This document shows positions 11,078 through 21,834 of a DNA stretch of 64,000 nucleotides, in pieces; within the stretch, counting starts at the first letter, position 1; each line of letters starts with the position of its first letter. The stretch spans positions 1 to 64,000 of the forward strand of contig PDIP01000025.1 in assembly GCA_002811645.1 (NCBI GenBank). Reading direction: 5' to 3'. The position numbers and the translations under genes were made by a program. This DNA comes from Corallochytrium limacisporum Hawaii. Its lineage: Eukaryota; Protista; Pluriformea. A model generated the notes under the pieces. It was given only the letters and a program-made list of their open reading frames with translations, was not told where the DNA came from and ran no database searches.

Positions 11078-14000
11078 TGCGGATATTCAAATGATGTTAC
11101 CAAAATAACGTCACGCGTGTTCTCTCCAATGTGCTGCTTCAAGCCAAAGGTGTTGGCTCCTTCTGCCTATCGGACTGTGTCTATGAAGTCTGGACAGTCA
11201 TGACTACGCTCCTATTCCAATCTCCAGTCTGACTGCCTACTAATGTGGATTACCGTTTGAATTTTTTTTTTCAACTGTTCTCGCTCATAGTTTACACTTC
11301 AGAATGTGACACCAAAGTCAAATTGTGGCCGACCATTGGTTCTCCAAATACCTAGCGAAACTTGGGAGAGGTGGCTTCTTCATGATTCCCTTTGGTTTAT
11401 GTTTTTCCTTGGTTCTGGTCACCACTGCCAAACCTCATCAATTCCACAAACCAATTCGACGGGGCACGCATACATCAAAATAAGAAGAAACAAAGAGACT
11501 GGATGAGGTGGAGGGAGCGAAGAATGGCAGGAGAGACTATCGGAAGCACACTCCACCAACCGACCACCCACGAGCTACCAGGAGGCCAGTTTGGTCTCCC
11601 GTACAATCGGCGTATCATTCATATATTCATATCTCTTCTTTCCCGGGCTTCCCTGATGGGTGTGTGTAGACAGGTACGTATGCACTGGGGTGCAGGGTTT
11701 TCAGCAACCGTCCAGTAATATGGAATGGCTCCAACTGCCACTCCTGCCTTCTCGCTTCCATCGACTTTTATTGTCCTTCCCGTCCGCGCTTGCGTGCTCG
11801 GTGTCAGTTTCTTCCTTGCCTTTTCCCATTTATCAGGCACCGAATCCTAACACCACCCTGCACCAGAGCCCCCAGGACTGCCACACGACACAGGGTAAGG
11901 TGGTACCTACCATTCACAGAAAGTTCTTGGAAAAAATACCAAACACAAAAGAATCAACACAGAAACCAAGGAAAAAAAAGGGAGGGATTTCCCAACCACG
12001 AGCTGAGCCGCCGCGCGTGGTCTGGGATCTCTTTCTGTTGCGCCCAAATTTCTTCGTCAGAAAACCTACCGTCAAGCAGGGCCAGCGCGAAGCAACCCGC
12101 GCCGCGGTGGGGAGGACGGGAAGGGAAGGGTGAGAGATGAAGAAAAAATTAGGACGTTGTGGGCGCAACAGAGGAGGGGGGTGTGGGGGGGGGGGGCCGG
12201 GAATAGGGAAAAGAGGGGAAGCCCGCGAGGAACGCAGAAGAACAAAAAAGAAAAGACGATAGAGTGATAGTAAGAAAAAATTAAGTGACCAAAAAACCTG
12301 CAATCTACACTTTTGCCTCCAGTAAAATATGCACCACCCGGGGAAAACCAGGAAAGCGCAAGGACCAAACGAGCGAACCCGGGCGAGCTGCAACGGGCCC
12401 GTTCCATAGTGAAAGATCCGGCCGGTGCTCGAGAGGGGCCAGCACCATCATCAGGCAGGGGCGGAAGCCAAGGCCAAATTCCGCTGAAAGGAGACGACGT
12501 TTCCTCTTCCCTCCTCCCCCCCCCCACACTCACACACACACGCACTTTCTCTCTCTCTCTCTCTCCCTCTCTCGCCCTCAATGAGGATCAGCCACCAGAC
12601 CAGACCAGAGGCGTAGCAAATGGCAGTGAACCAAGAAGTAAAAGGGAAACCCCCCCCCACCCCACGGTCAACCCACACAATCAAGGAAATCGCAACCAAA
12701 CTCCCACCACCACCACCGCCCGAGTCAGTCGGTGCAGGACATCGCATCCAGGATTCAAATGGGTCGGCACATGCACGCCATCAAGGCCGTCTAATTTCCA
12801 CGGACAGATGGGCCGGGGCACACCCACCCAGGCTGCTTCTTGCAGATTCTAACCGGTGCCTTACTGGGACAGCTGATCTAATTGTTGCTTCGGTGCAAAA
12901 ACGCATGCCGAATCCGGACGTCAACCCCGTCAACGGTCCCAGGCGGCAAAGTGCCGAGTGGAGCGATATGAACTGAAACTGAGGGAGAGCACTCAAAGAC
13001 ACACCGGAGGTCCCCGTTCTCCAGGGATCGGTTTCACCGCTTTGTTCTCTCAAAACCCTTCTTGTTCGTCTCCTTTGCTGTGGGTCCCCGTCCCCTCCTC
13101 TCCTCCTCGCCGCCCCGCCGCCGTGGTTTTGTTCTCTCTGTGCCCACCGTAGAAACACACAGGCACGTAACGCACCCTTCCCCATGCCCGCAACGGGGGA
13201 CTTTTCTTTTTCCTTTTCCTTGGCTTTCTCGAAACTTTAACACGAAATACCGTAAAAAACTAAAAGGGGAGAGTCTGACAGGGGTCCTAGGTACACCCAC
13301 ACCCGGGAGAGAGGAAGTGGGAGGAAAGAGTGAAGGGGGGGGGGGAAGGAGAGTTGGGGTGAGAATGGGAAGGTGGGCCAGTGTTGTTCCTTTTCCTTTA
13401 TCACACTTGCCGCGTTTTGCCTCAAAGGGGGAGGGAGTGGCGGAACTTGTAATTTTCCGTAGCCAAGGGACCGAGAGTATTTTCCTTTGTTTTATTTTCG
13501 GTTGTTGAGAGTGGCGAAAGGCAGGGCGGGAACAGGGAGAGAGGGGCAGGCATTACAGGGGGGGAGCCTTGAGGCTGACACGGGTCGCAATCAAGCCGTG
13601 GTAGATTCCGATTCCTTTATTTTTTTGGCACCGGGATGTGAAGTCTACACTATTTACAAAGGTCCCTTCCCTTCCCTTTTTGCCTACCCGGGGTTTGGAG
13701 CTCCAGCGCCGGAAACTGATGAGGACCGCCCGGGCCCGTTAGGGCGGAGTGACTTGCGACAGTTGGGCTACGATGTGTTTTTTCAAGTTCACCGGATCGA
13801 TGGCATGTAGGGTCGCATGCCGTTGACCATGGGTGTATGGACCTTAGCAGGGAAGCTATGTAGCTGAAGTGTGGTTGACGGGGGTCTAGGGTAATGTAAT
13901 CCAGCGGTACCACATGTGCTAGATAGTCATGGCCGGGACCCTTTCCGGATATACCCTGCGTGATTTGACCCAATTGTGACTATGAAGTAGTAGTGGACTG

Positions 14001-14089
14001 GGAACCGTAAAACAACACAAAAAAAAGTGTTAACAATGGAGGTAACATAGACTGAGTGATAAGCATCGTCCAAGGTTAATTAATATACT

Positions 14090-15196
14090 ATGGAACTCGA
14101 ACAGTGGACCGATCCCGACTGGGAGAGGGCGGTGCTCTTCTTCCGCGGACCTCTGATTGGCGTCACGTTCTTAGCCTTGTGGGGCGTCGATGAGTGGGTC
14201 ATGGAGAAACGCAATATTGCCTACGAACATATGTTTGGAATGACAAAACGAGACTATGCTTCACCGACCGAAATATTTTCAGCAGCAGGGTACATGGGGC
14301 TACTGGTGTCAATATGCATGATCCTCTACTACACCACAGCCACACACAGTCCGATCTATCCCATGTTCCTATACATTGCTCTCTTTACAGCGCTCATGTT
14401 TCCCGGGCAAAGATTTTTAGGTGGTACCCGCAAGTTCATCACGCGCATATTGGGCCTATGCATCATTCCGGGACGAACTATTAGCTTTGTGGAAGTCGTG
14501 ATAGCTGATGGCCTGACATCCATGTCTAAGGTGTTTGCGGATCTGAGTGTAACTACATGTGTGCTGGGACACGAACTGGTGGATCAGACACGGGGCGTGC
14601 CTGCACAATGCGGACATTCGTTCCTTGTGCCTCTGGCCACCTCGATTCCGTATCTGATTCGAGGACTGCAGTGCTGGATCTCCTATCAGGACACTGGCCT
14701 CGCGTTTCCACACATTGCCAATCTTGTCAAGTATATGACTGCGCTTCCGGTCATCTTCCTGCCGTACATTACGCGGGAGCTCTTGACCACGGCAGACGGG
14801 TCTTCGGCCGATGCAGATTGGAAGTCCACCTGGCTGGTGTTTGCATTCGTGAACTCAATGTACTCATTCTGGTGGGACGTGAAGATGGATTGGGGCCTTG
14901 GAGACTCGAACCAGAGCGGTCTGCGGGCAGTCCTGCTCTACCCTCTACGCGAGTGTTATTACTTGCTCATCGCTGGAGACTTCCTCCTGCGCTTCCTCTG
15001 GAGCTTTAATCTTCCCTTTGCGCTCGGTTTGACCCCGTCCAATGCACTCCTCATGTTTGAGTTTCTGGAAGTTTTCCGTCGGGGCATTTGGAATCTGTAC
15101 CGCATCGAATGGGAGCAGATCAAGCGGGGGTTGGAGCACGTGCCGAATTCACCGAAAGAGTTTCCCTTGGCCAGCTCTACGTCACTGCCTCATTGA
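14090..15196 (+). CDS. EXS-domain membrane protein (ERD1-like, no SPX domain)
   Basis: ADGLTSMSKVFADL, IPYLIRGLQC, NLVKY, NSMYSFWWDVKMDWGLG, DFLLRFLW, LEVFRRGIWNLYRIEWE. Confidence 0.93.
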   Translation: MELEQWTDPDWERAVLFFRGPLIGVTFLALWGVDEWVMEKRNIAYEHMFGMTKRDYASPTEIFSAAGYMGLLVSICMILYYTTATHSPIYPMFLYIALFTALMFPGQRFLGGTRKFITRILGLCIIPGRTISFVEVVIADGLTSMSKVFADLSVTTCVLGHELVDQTRGVPAQCGHSFLVPLATSIPYLIRGLQCWISYQDTGLAFPHIANLVKYMTALPVIFLPYITRELLTTADGSSADADWKSTWLVFAFVNSMYSFWWDVKMDWGLGDSNQSGLRAVLLYPLRECYYLLIAGDFLLRFLWSFNLPFALGLTPSNALLMFEFLEVFRRGIWNLYRIEWEQIKRGLEHVPNSPKEFPLASSTSLPH

Positions 15197-15279
15197 TAGC
15201 CTCTGACGTTCCGCTGACGTTTCGACTCTCCAATATAGCATCTACAACATAGAAATTTTGTTTTCGTCTTGTGCTCTCA

Positions 15280-15966
15280 TTAGACCTCCGGTGTTCGAGG
15301 TATGGGTGCCCGTGGCGGCGGCCTACGGGTGGCCACTACAACTGTGTCGCTGACCGGTGTGAAGATGGGCATTGTGAACCATGTTGTCAAAGCCCTGGCG
15401 TCGGCCTCGGACAGGTTGTACTGCCGTGCGAGTTTCATTGCGCTGGAAGCGTCAGGATCTCGAGCGTATACAGAGAGGATCCGCGCGGTGGTCGAATAGG
15501 TCACCTTTCCCGGCTGTGATGGGTTTTCCATGCCCAAATCAAAATCATCTGTGTTTAGAGGTACACTAGTCTTAGACAATTTGATTCCTGCCGCACTGAC
15601 GCGGTCAATGTTGTTTTCCGAGCCAATGTCGTCCTGTGCCTTCTTGGGTTCAGGGATCTTTTCTGTTTCCGACACATAGAGCTGGTTCAGGACATCCTTG
15701 TACTCTGAGGAAGTCTTAACATCAGTAGCGGTTGACTTTGCGGGGTCCATGGAACCAACAGGCCCCTTGGACTCCATGTTCTCAATCGCCTTGTGTACTT
15801 TATCTTGCTCTGTCTCAACCTCCTTTACGTAAGTGTCCCGTAGCCCTTCCCACTCCTGTGCAGTCTTTGGTATTTCCTGTTGTGCACGCTTCTGTGCTTC
15901 CTCAACAGCCTTCTTGGCTGCTGGGTATGCCCGCTCCACGGCGGCTTTTGATCCTCGCTGCCCCAT
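15280..15966 (-). CDS. NDUFAF4: NDUFAF4-like complex I assembly factor
   Basis: N-terminal MG (myristoylation-type). VLNQLYVSE and GKVT...ILSVYARDP...AMKLARQYNLSEADARALTTWF match the C-terminal pattern of NDUFAF4. Confidence 0.65.
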   Translation of the reverse strand: MGQRGSKAAVERAYPAAKKAVEEAQKRAQQEIPKTAQEWEGLRDTYVKEVETEQDKVHKAIENMESKGPVGSMDPAKSTATDVKTSSEYKDVLNQLYVSETEKIPEPKKAQDDIGSENNIDRVSAAGIKLSKTSVPLNTDDFDLGMENPSQPGKVTYSTTARILSVYARDPDASSAMKLARQYNLSEADARALTTWFTMPIFTPVSDTVVVATRRPPPRAPIPRTPEV

Positions 15967-18255
15967 GGCGCTGCCCTTTTGAGTGCCGTTTGTCCTACTT
16001 CGCCGCGATGTCGCGCCTACCGCATGCTTGCACCCCTGGTCTGTGGATCCTACAGGTGTTTAAGCATACTCCCACAAGTCTACGAGCAGATGCACAAACA
16101 TTTCTACATACCTGGCCATTAGTGAGACTGAGAGGACCAACCGCGCATATAATCAGGGCTCTGTAGTCCATGGTACGCACCACACCAGCGGTCTAAAAGT
16201 CAGAACCTGTGGCAGGTTAGGTGGAGTCCCAGGCCCCCCCCCTGCCTGTGGTGTTGTAGGTGGCTGTACCGGGGGGATTGGTCTTCCAAGGGGATTCCAC
16301 GACAAACCGGCGGCGGGCAGTGACGGCGGTGGGGGTACCAGTTGCCTTTCTCAGGCGCAGGATGGGGAGAGAGCGGGAGAGAGCGAGGGGGGGAGAGACC
16401 GAAAACGCAGTGGTGAAAACTCTACCCCCCTGGCTAATCCATGTAATTATGTATATTAGGTTACTCAGTTAATATCGCGGCCAAGAATATTTGTCAACCC
16501 AAGGCCCCCCCCCTGGGACTGCCACGAAAAAACGAAAAATGGACCCCTTTGCAAAAATTGGCCCTTTGCAAACATTGGGAATCATTCACTATAGAAAATG
16601 TGGGCACGAAATACTCGGCCGAATGTTATTCTTTTTTTTTCCTTTTGGTGAGAGGTTGCGTCTTTCTCCCGCTCTGCCGGTTTTCCTTCTTGGTCCAAAC
16701 TTTTCCCCAATATTCCCACCGACCAATCAGTGCGCTCGCGGGGGTGGGGGCCAGTTTTGCCTCCGTGTCCACCGCCTGGTTCCTTTTTTAATTGTTTTGG
16801 TCCTTTCTTCCCCGTACTCAACACAAGGGTCCCCTGCCATCTAAAAGCTGAGGGAGAACCCCTCCCCCCCCACCCGGGGCCCCTCCCTCCCTCCCCCCTG
16901 CCGGGCCCTGCTCTTCCCAGCACGGGTTATTTAAACCCTACCACCGCTACACTTTTTTTGTGATTTTTTATTGGTCTTTTTCATTGTTTTTTTTCTCTCT
17001 TTTTTTATTCTTTCTTCTCTCTTCCCCCGGTTCTGTCATTGCTCTTTTGGGTTTTCGACCGGTGCTTTCTGCCCCTTTTAAATCAGCAGCAGTCCCAGCC
17101 GAAGGCCGTCGGCCGGGAGGCCCCCGCCCCAACCCGCGAAACGATTTTTTTTCTTGTGTTCTTTTTTTCCTTTTTTTTTTTTACTTTCGCCTGGCTCGCA
17201 CTTTGCCCCCAAAGCTGCAGCACGCCTTCTCTCTCTCTCTCTCTCTACTCGCACCCAGTGCTGCACTGGCGGAACCGGCAAGGACGGCCCCGGGCGGCAA
17301 GGTCACATCAACCACAAAGGCCCCGCCCCGGGGGTTCCCAGGGATCTGCAGGTCCAGTGCAGTGCGCATGGTTGCATCCCATTCGTCGTGCCTGAGCACA
17401 CGGGTACATTGACTATGGAATCTCTTGCGAAGATAGGGGTGCCTGTTCACCTCCCGCCAAGCGGAAACCAGGCAAAGGCAACGGAAACAGGAACGGGAAC
17501 GGGAACGGGAGACGGTGGTGGATTGATACAAAATGTACTGGAATTGTTTTATAGCAGGGAGAGACAGAGGAATATTTGTTCCGTCCTCGTTTGATTTTGT
17601 TTCCCTTCGCGTTTGCCGGTTATTTTTCACGTGGTTTTAATGATCCGTCGACCTGACATACCGAAGGTATGCGGCAAGATAAGGGAAAGAAAAGGAAACG
17701 AGAAAAAGATAGAGAATTCAAGGGAAAGCCGGAGCGCGCCGAGTTTCGAATCCGGGTCCAGTGTCTGCGTTGGAATGCGGGGAAATGGGAACCCCAAAAA
17801 GTAAACACGGCACTAACAAGAAAAAAAAATAAAGGAAAGAAAGACATAAAGGCCAGGGTTCACGAACCGTAGAATTTACCAGCACTGACTCCGAACGAGC
17901 ACCTAAAACAAAATGGAAAAAAAAACAAAGGAAACACGGCCCCTCTTCCACCGGTCCAATAGCAAAGATAGGGAGAAAAATATTCGGAAACTCTTTTTTG
18001 CCCGACCATTTTCCGGTTTACATTCGAACCTCCCCCCCCCCGGGGGAGCGCTCCGTCTCTACTCTCGCTCTCTCTCTCTCTCACTCTCTCTCACTCTCTC
18101 TTCGTCCGTGGGTCGTGTGTGTATTTTCCGGGGAGGGCGAAGAAAGGGGAAGGACCCGCTGCCAACGACCCAGTAACCAAATCAGGTACCACTACGGTTG
18201 TGAAGGGGGGGGGTTACTTGACGCACCGCACCGGTGGGGGCGGGGGGAGGGGAGG

Positions 18256-18443
18256 NNNNNNNNNNNNNNNNNNNNNNNNNNNNNNNNNNNNNNNNNNNNN
18301 NNNNNNNNNNNNNNNNNNNNNNNNNNNNNNNNNNNNNNNNNNNNNNNNNNNNNNNNNNNNNNNNNNNNNNNNNNNNNNNNNNNNNNNNNNNNNNNNNNNN
18401 NNNNNNNNNNNNNNNNNNNNNNNNNNNNNNNNNNNNNNNNNNN
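18256..18443. other. Assembly gap (188 N) flanked by G-runs
   Basis: Run of n in the sequence. Confidence 1.
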
Positions 18444-18625
18444 NGGGGGGGATTTGGCAAACGGTCCTTACTACTTTGGCTGGGTACTTGGGAGAGGAAA
18501 ACATGGTAGTTGCTGGAGACACTGCGAACCGAAGAGCCTTACGTCGCAATCGAGGACGCAAAGTTGTGCGGTGCTGCGGAAAGTGTTGCCATTGACCATA
18601 GCAACACCTTCAAACCTAATCAGCC

Positions 18626-21600
18626 ATGAAGGCGTTAAAGAAGATCTTTGGAGGAGGGAAGGATAAGAAGGGCAAGAAATCCTCCACGAATAAGGCCAAT
18701 GGTGGTGCCGCTAGCACCAGTGGCGTAGCGACAGCTCCCGCCCCTGGGCAGGAGACTGTTAAGGCTGTTGAAGAGCAAGTTGCACCGGTCGTGAAGCCGG
18801 AGGAACCACCACCGTCTGCCACTGCGGAGAAAGACAAGGTCGTGGAGAAGCCCACCGACCCAGCGGATCAGGAGGTGCCCGAAACCACCGAAGAGAAGCC
18901 GCAGGAAGAAGTACAGAAGGCAGAGGCGACAGAAGGTGCCAAGAAGGAAGAGCAGACGGAAGAATCTACTAAGGAAGAGCCAGCAGTAGAAGCCGAGAAG
19001 GAAGAGCCGGCGGAAGCAGCCGTGAAGGACGAACAAACAGAAGAAGCCAAGAAGGAAGAGGAGGAGGAAGAAGTGACCACAACAGAGCAACCAGAAGCTG
19101 CTAAGGACGAAGCGGAAACGAAGCCGGAAGTGGAGGCAGAAGCTCTGCCCGAGCGACCTGAGCTTTCTGACAAAGACGAAGACGACGAGGAAGAGGAGGA
19201 AGCCGAGAAAGATCATGACCAACTCGAAGCGGAAGAGGCTTTGGCGGCTGAAGGTGCTCAGGCCTCCAACACAAACGTCGGTGCTGAGTCGTTGAAGAGC
19301 GAGGGTCGCGCAGGCTCCGTGGCTGAGCTGCGCGAGCGTATGGCCAAAGCCGCGGAGGAGGCAGCTGTAGCAAAGACATCAACCCGCGACATTAACCAGG
19401 AGGTCAAAGAGAAGAAGGGATCTGTCTCTGACCTACGTGCACAACTGGACGCCAAGCAGCAGGAGGCAGCCATGAGCAAGGGATCTTCTCGAGATATCAA
19501 CCAAGAGATGGAAGACTTGCGTAAGCATGCCCGGGGTGCTGGTGGCAATGTCGAGATGGTGTCCCAGATCACCAGTGTCAAGGATGCGGTCAAGGACGTA
19601 GAGAGCCGCATTAATGCTATTCGAGTAATCGCAAAGGAAGAAACGCGCATGATGAAGCTCCGCATGCTGAAGGACCGTGAGGAGGCGGTCGCCAAGCGCA
19701 AGAAGGAAAAGGCCGCGGTTCAGGAGGAGAAGGCCAAGGAAGAAGCTCCCGCGGCTGCGGCTGCAGCTACTGCTGCGGTGGCGGAGGTTGAAGTCGAAGA
19801 GGACGTCGAGGAATACGATGAGGGTGAGGAACTGGTGGCCATTACGCAGCGCGTGTGCGTGGTTGGGCCACAAATCTCTGCACGAATGCAGGACGCTCGT
19901 GACGGGTTCAACAAGGAGTTGGCCATGAGTCGAACAAACAAACTGCTCCGCACTGAGTATGCATGGTTCAGCTGTCTGCTTCCCAGCAACCTGGCTGTTC
20001 ATGAGATGCAATTAGTGCTGATGAAATGGGACGAAGAAAGTGACAAGCTTGAAATCATGCAGAGTTTCAATGTTCCTGACGACGCGGAGGAAGAGGAACT
20101 CTTGGACTTTGTTGACCCACAGAACATTTTCCAGGTCATGATCAGTCCGCGCAAGAAGAGCCTCATGCTCTGCTACCGCTTCACCGTTCCTGGCTACTAC
20201 CGTCTGGTGCCACTGGACCCGAACAAGACTGAGAACCTTGTGGTCGACATTTATGTGCTGTCGGATGAAGAATTCGTCAAGCCGATCCCTGAGGACGAAC
20301 TGGAGGAGCTTAAGAAGACATTCGACGAGAGCAATGCCATTCAGACCCTGAGCAGTGACGAGGAAGAAGAAGCGAATCGCATCTCTTCGTCCCACCTACG
20401 TATTGCGCAAAAAGATAATGAGGAGCGCGACTCCAACACATCGTTGAATAAGGAGGAAGAGTCTCCATCCAAGAAGAAGAAGAAACTGTTTGGCTCGAGG
20501 GAGAAACTCACTGAGGAGGAGAGGAAGAAGAAGAAGGAAGAGAAGGAGCGGCGCCGGGCAGAACGGGAGAAGCGCAAGAAAAAGAAGCGTTGGTATCCGA
20601 AGAAGTACGTTGAGCTCACGGATGTACACATTGAGAAGATGATTGTTGGGTCTGAGAGTATGGTGGACAATGCTCAGAAGCTGTGGGGAGGTGGTGACGA
20701 CGAGGGCAGTGAAGATGACATTTCACCTTCCGGTAACACTGACATTGCCTTCCTAATTGACGCCTCGAACTCAATGAAGCAGTATATTGATGGTGTCAAA
20801 TCGGCTGTCCGACAAGTTATTGACAATTTCCGTCGTGATCAGAAAGCGCTGTACCCGAACAGCAAGCTGCGCATTGCTCTGGTTGCCTACCGCGATGTCA
20901 TCAACGTGACCAAGAAGATGGCCAACCTCATCGAAGTGCTGGCCCTGGGCGATGCCAGTCAGGAAAGTCACGTGAAGGCCATCGAGGACTGGCTTGAGGG
21001 ACTTGAGACCGTGGGTAATGACGACTATCCAGAGGCCGTGGCCAGCGGTTTGAAGGCAGTGAATGAGCTTGAATGGGACGTCCTGGCCGTGAAGCTTTGC
21101 TTCTGGCTTGGTGACGCGCCCCCGCACGGCATTCCCGAATATGGCAAGAAGGATAAACACCCGGACGAAGAGGAAGTGACCTTCCTGGAAATGATGGGCA
21201 TCATGCAGCGCAGGGGCATCATTGTCAGCGCGATTGGTTCCGGTCGCATGGTCAGGCATGATCCTTATCTCTGTAAGGTGCTCATGGGCACCGCTGCTTC
21301 CACCGGTGGTAACTTTATCCTTCTCTACGAGGATGCCATCGACCAGCTGGCGGCTTACTTGTCTGCGGCCTGTCTGCAGGCGCTGCACCGTGATTTCAGT
21401 TTCACGGACACTGTTGCCAACGTGTTCCTGTCACAGTTCCCGAAACCTCCCAAGAGTGAGGATGAGGCGTACGAGAAGGTCCACAAGACACTCACCGACC
21501 TCAACACGCAGTTGCTCACCATCAACAAGGTCGCTGAGAATCAGTATGAGCTCGTGAAGCGCAATTCCACAGTTCGGGATGTCGAGAATGCCATGAGTTA

Positions 21601-21724
21601 CATTCGCATCTCTATGGCTCGTTCTGCGCTGTTCACTGGCGAGGAGAGCCAGCGCTTCATGGACTCGCATGGACTTCTCTTTGCAGCCGTGGCCAGTCGC
21701 ATGAACTGGGACGATGTCGTCTAA
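18626..21724 (+). CDS. Intracellular vWA-domain protein (VwkA-type vWA, no kinase) with long acidic/coiled-coil N-terminus
   Basis: DIAFLIDASNSM (intact MIDAS DxSxS), LRIALVAYRD, GNDDYPEAV, LGDAPPHG, TGGNF; E/K-rich N-terminal half. Confidence 0.88.
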   Translation: MKALKKIFGGGKDKKGKKSSTNKANGGAASTSGVATAPAPGQETVKAVEEQVAPVVKPEEPPPSATAEKDKVVEKPTDPADQEVPETTEEKPQEEVQKAEATEGAKKEEQTEESTKEEPAVEAEKEEPAEAAVKDEQTEEAKKEEEEEEVTTTEQPEAAKDEAETKPEVEAEALPERPELSDKDEDDEEEEEAEKDHDQLEAEEALAAEGAQASNTNVGAESLKSEGRAGSVAELRERMAKAAEEAAVAKTSTRDINQEVKEKKGSVSDLRAQLDAKQQEAAMSKGSSRDINQEMEDLRKHARGAGGNVEMVSQITSVKDAVKDVESRINAIRVIAKEETRMMKLRMLKDREEAVAKRKKEKAAVQEEKAKEEAPAAAAAATAAVAEVEVEEDVEEYDEGEELVAITQRVCVVGPQISARMQDARDGFNKELAMSRTNKLLRTEYAWFSCLLPSNLAVHEMQLVLMKWDEESDKLEIMQSFNVPDDAEEEELLDFVDPQNIFQVMISPRKKSLMLCYRFTVPGYYRLVPLDPNKTENLVVDIYVLSDEEFVKPIPEDELEELKKTFDESNAIQTLSSDEEEEANRISSSHLRIAQKDNEERDSNTSLNKEEESPSKKKKKLFGSREKLTEEERKKKKEEKERRRAEREKRKKKKRWYPKKYVELTDVHIEKMIVGSESMVDNAQKLWGGGDDEGSEDDISPSGNTDIAFLIDASNSMKQYIDGVKSAVRQVIDNFRRDQKALYPNSKLRIALVAYRDVINVTKKMANLIEVLALGDASQESHVKAIEDWLEGLETVGNDDYPEAVASGLKAVNELEWDVLAVKLCFWLGDAPPHGIPEYGKKDKHPDEEEVTFLEMMGIMQRRGIIVSAIGSGRMVRHDPYLCKVLMGTAASTGGNFILLYEDAIDQLAAYLSAACLQALHRDFSFTDTVANVFLSQFPKPPKSEDEAYEKVHKTLTDLNTQLLTINKVAENQYELVKRNSTVRDVENAMSYIRISMARSALFTGEESQRFMDSHGLLFAAVASRMNWDDVV

Positions 21725-21834
21725 GCGATACACTACAAAGGTTAAAAAGACTGAGAATCTACTGGAAGAAAAGCAAAAAAGCTCTAATAGAAAAAAATCC
21801 ATGTGAAACAAAGGCACCAAAGTGTTTTCTTCAT

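Noticed and set aside
13716-13755. Hammerhead ribozyme (CTGATGAG followed by a ccgccc/gggcgg stem)
   Set aside because: The required GAAA after stem II is absent and stems I/III are not evident
17735-17765. tRNA T-loop-like GTTTCGAATCC
   Set aside because: T-stem does not pair; no D-arm/A-box or acceptor stem
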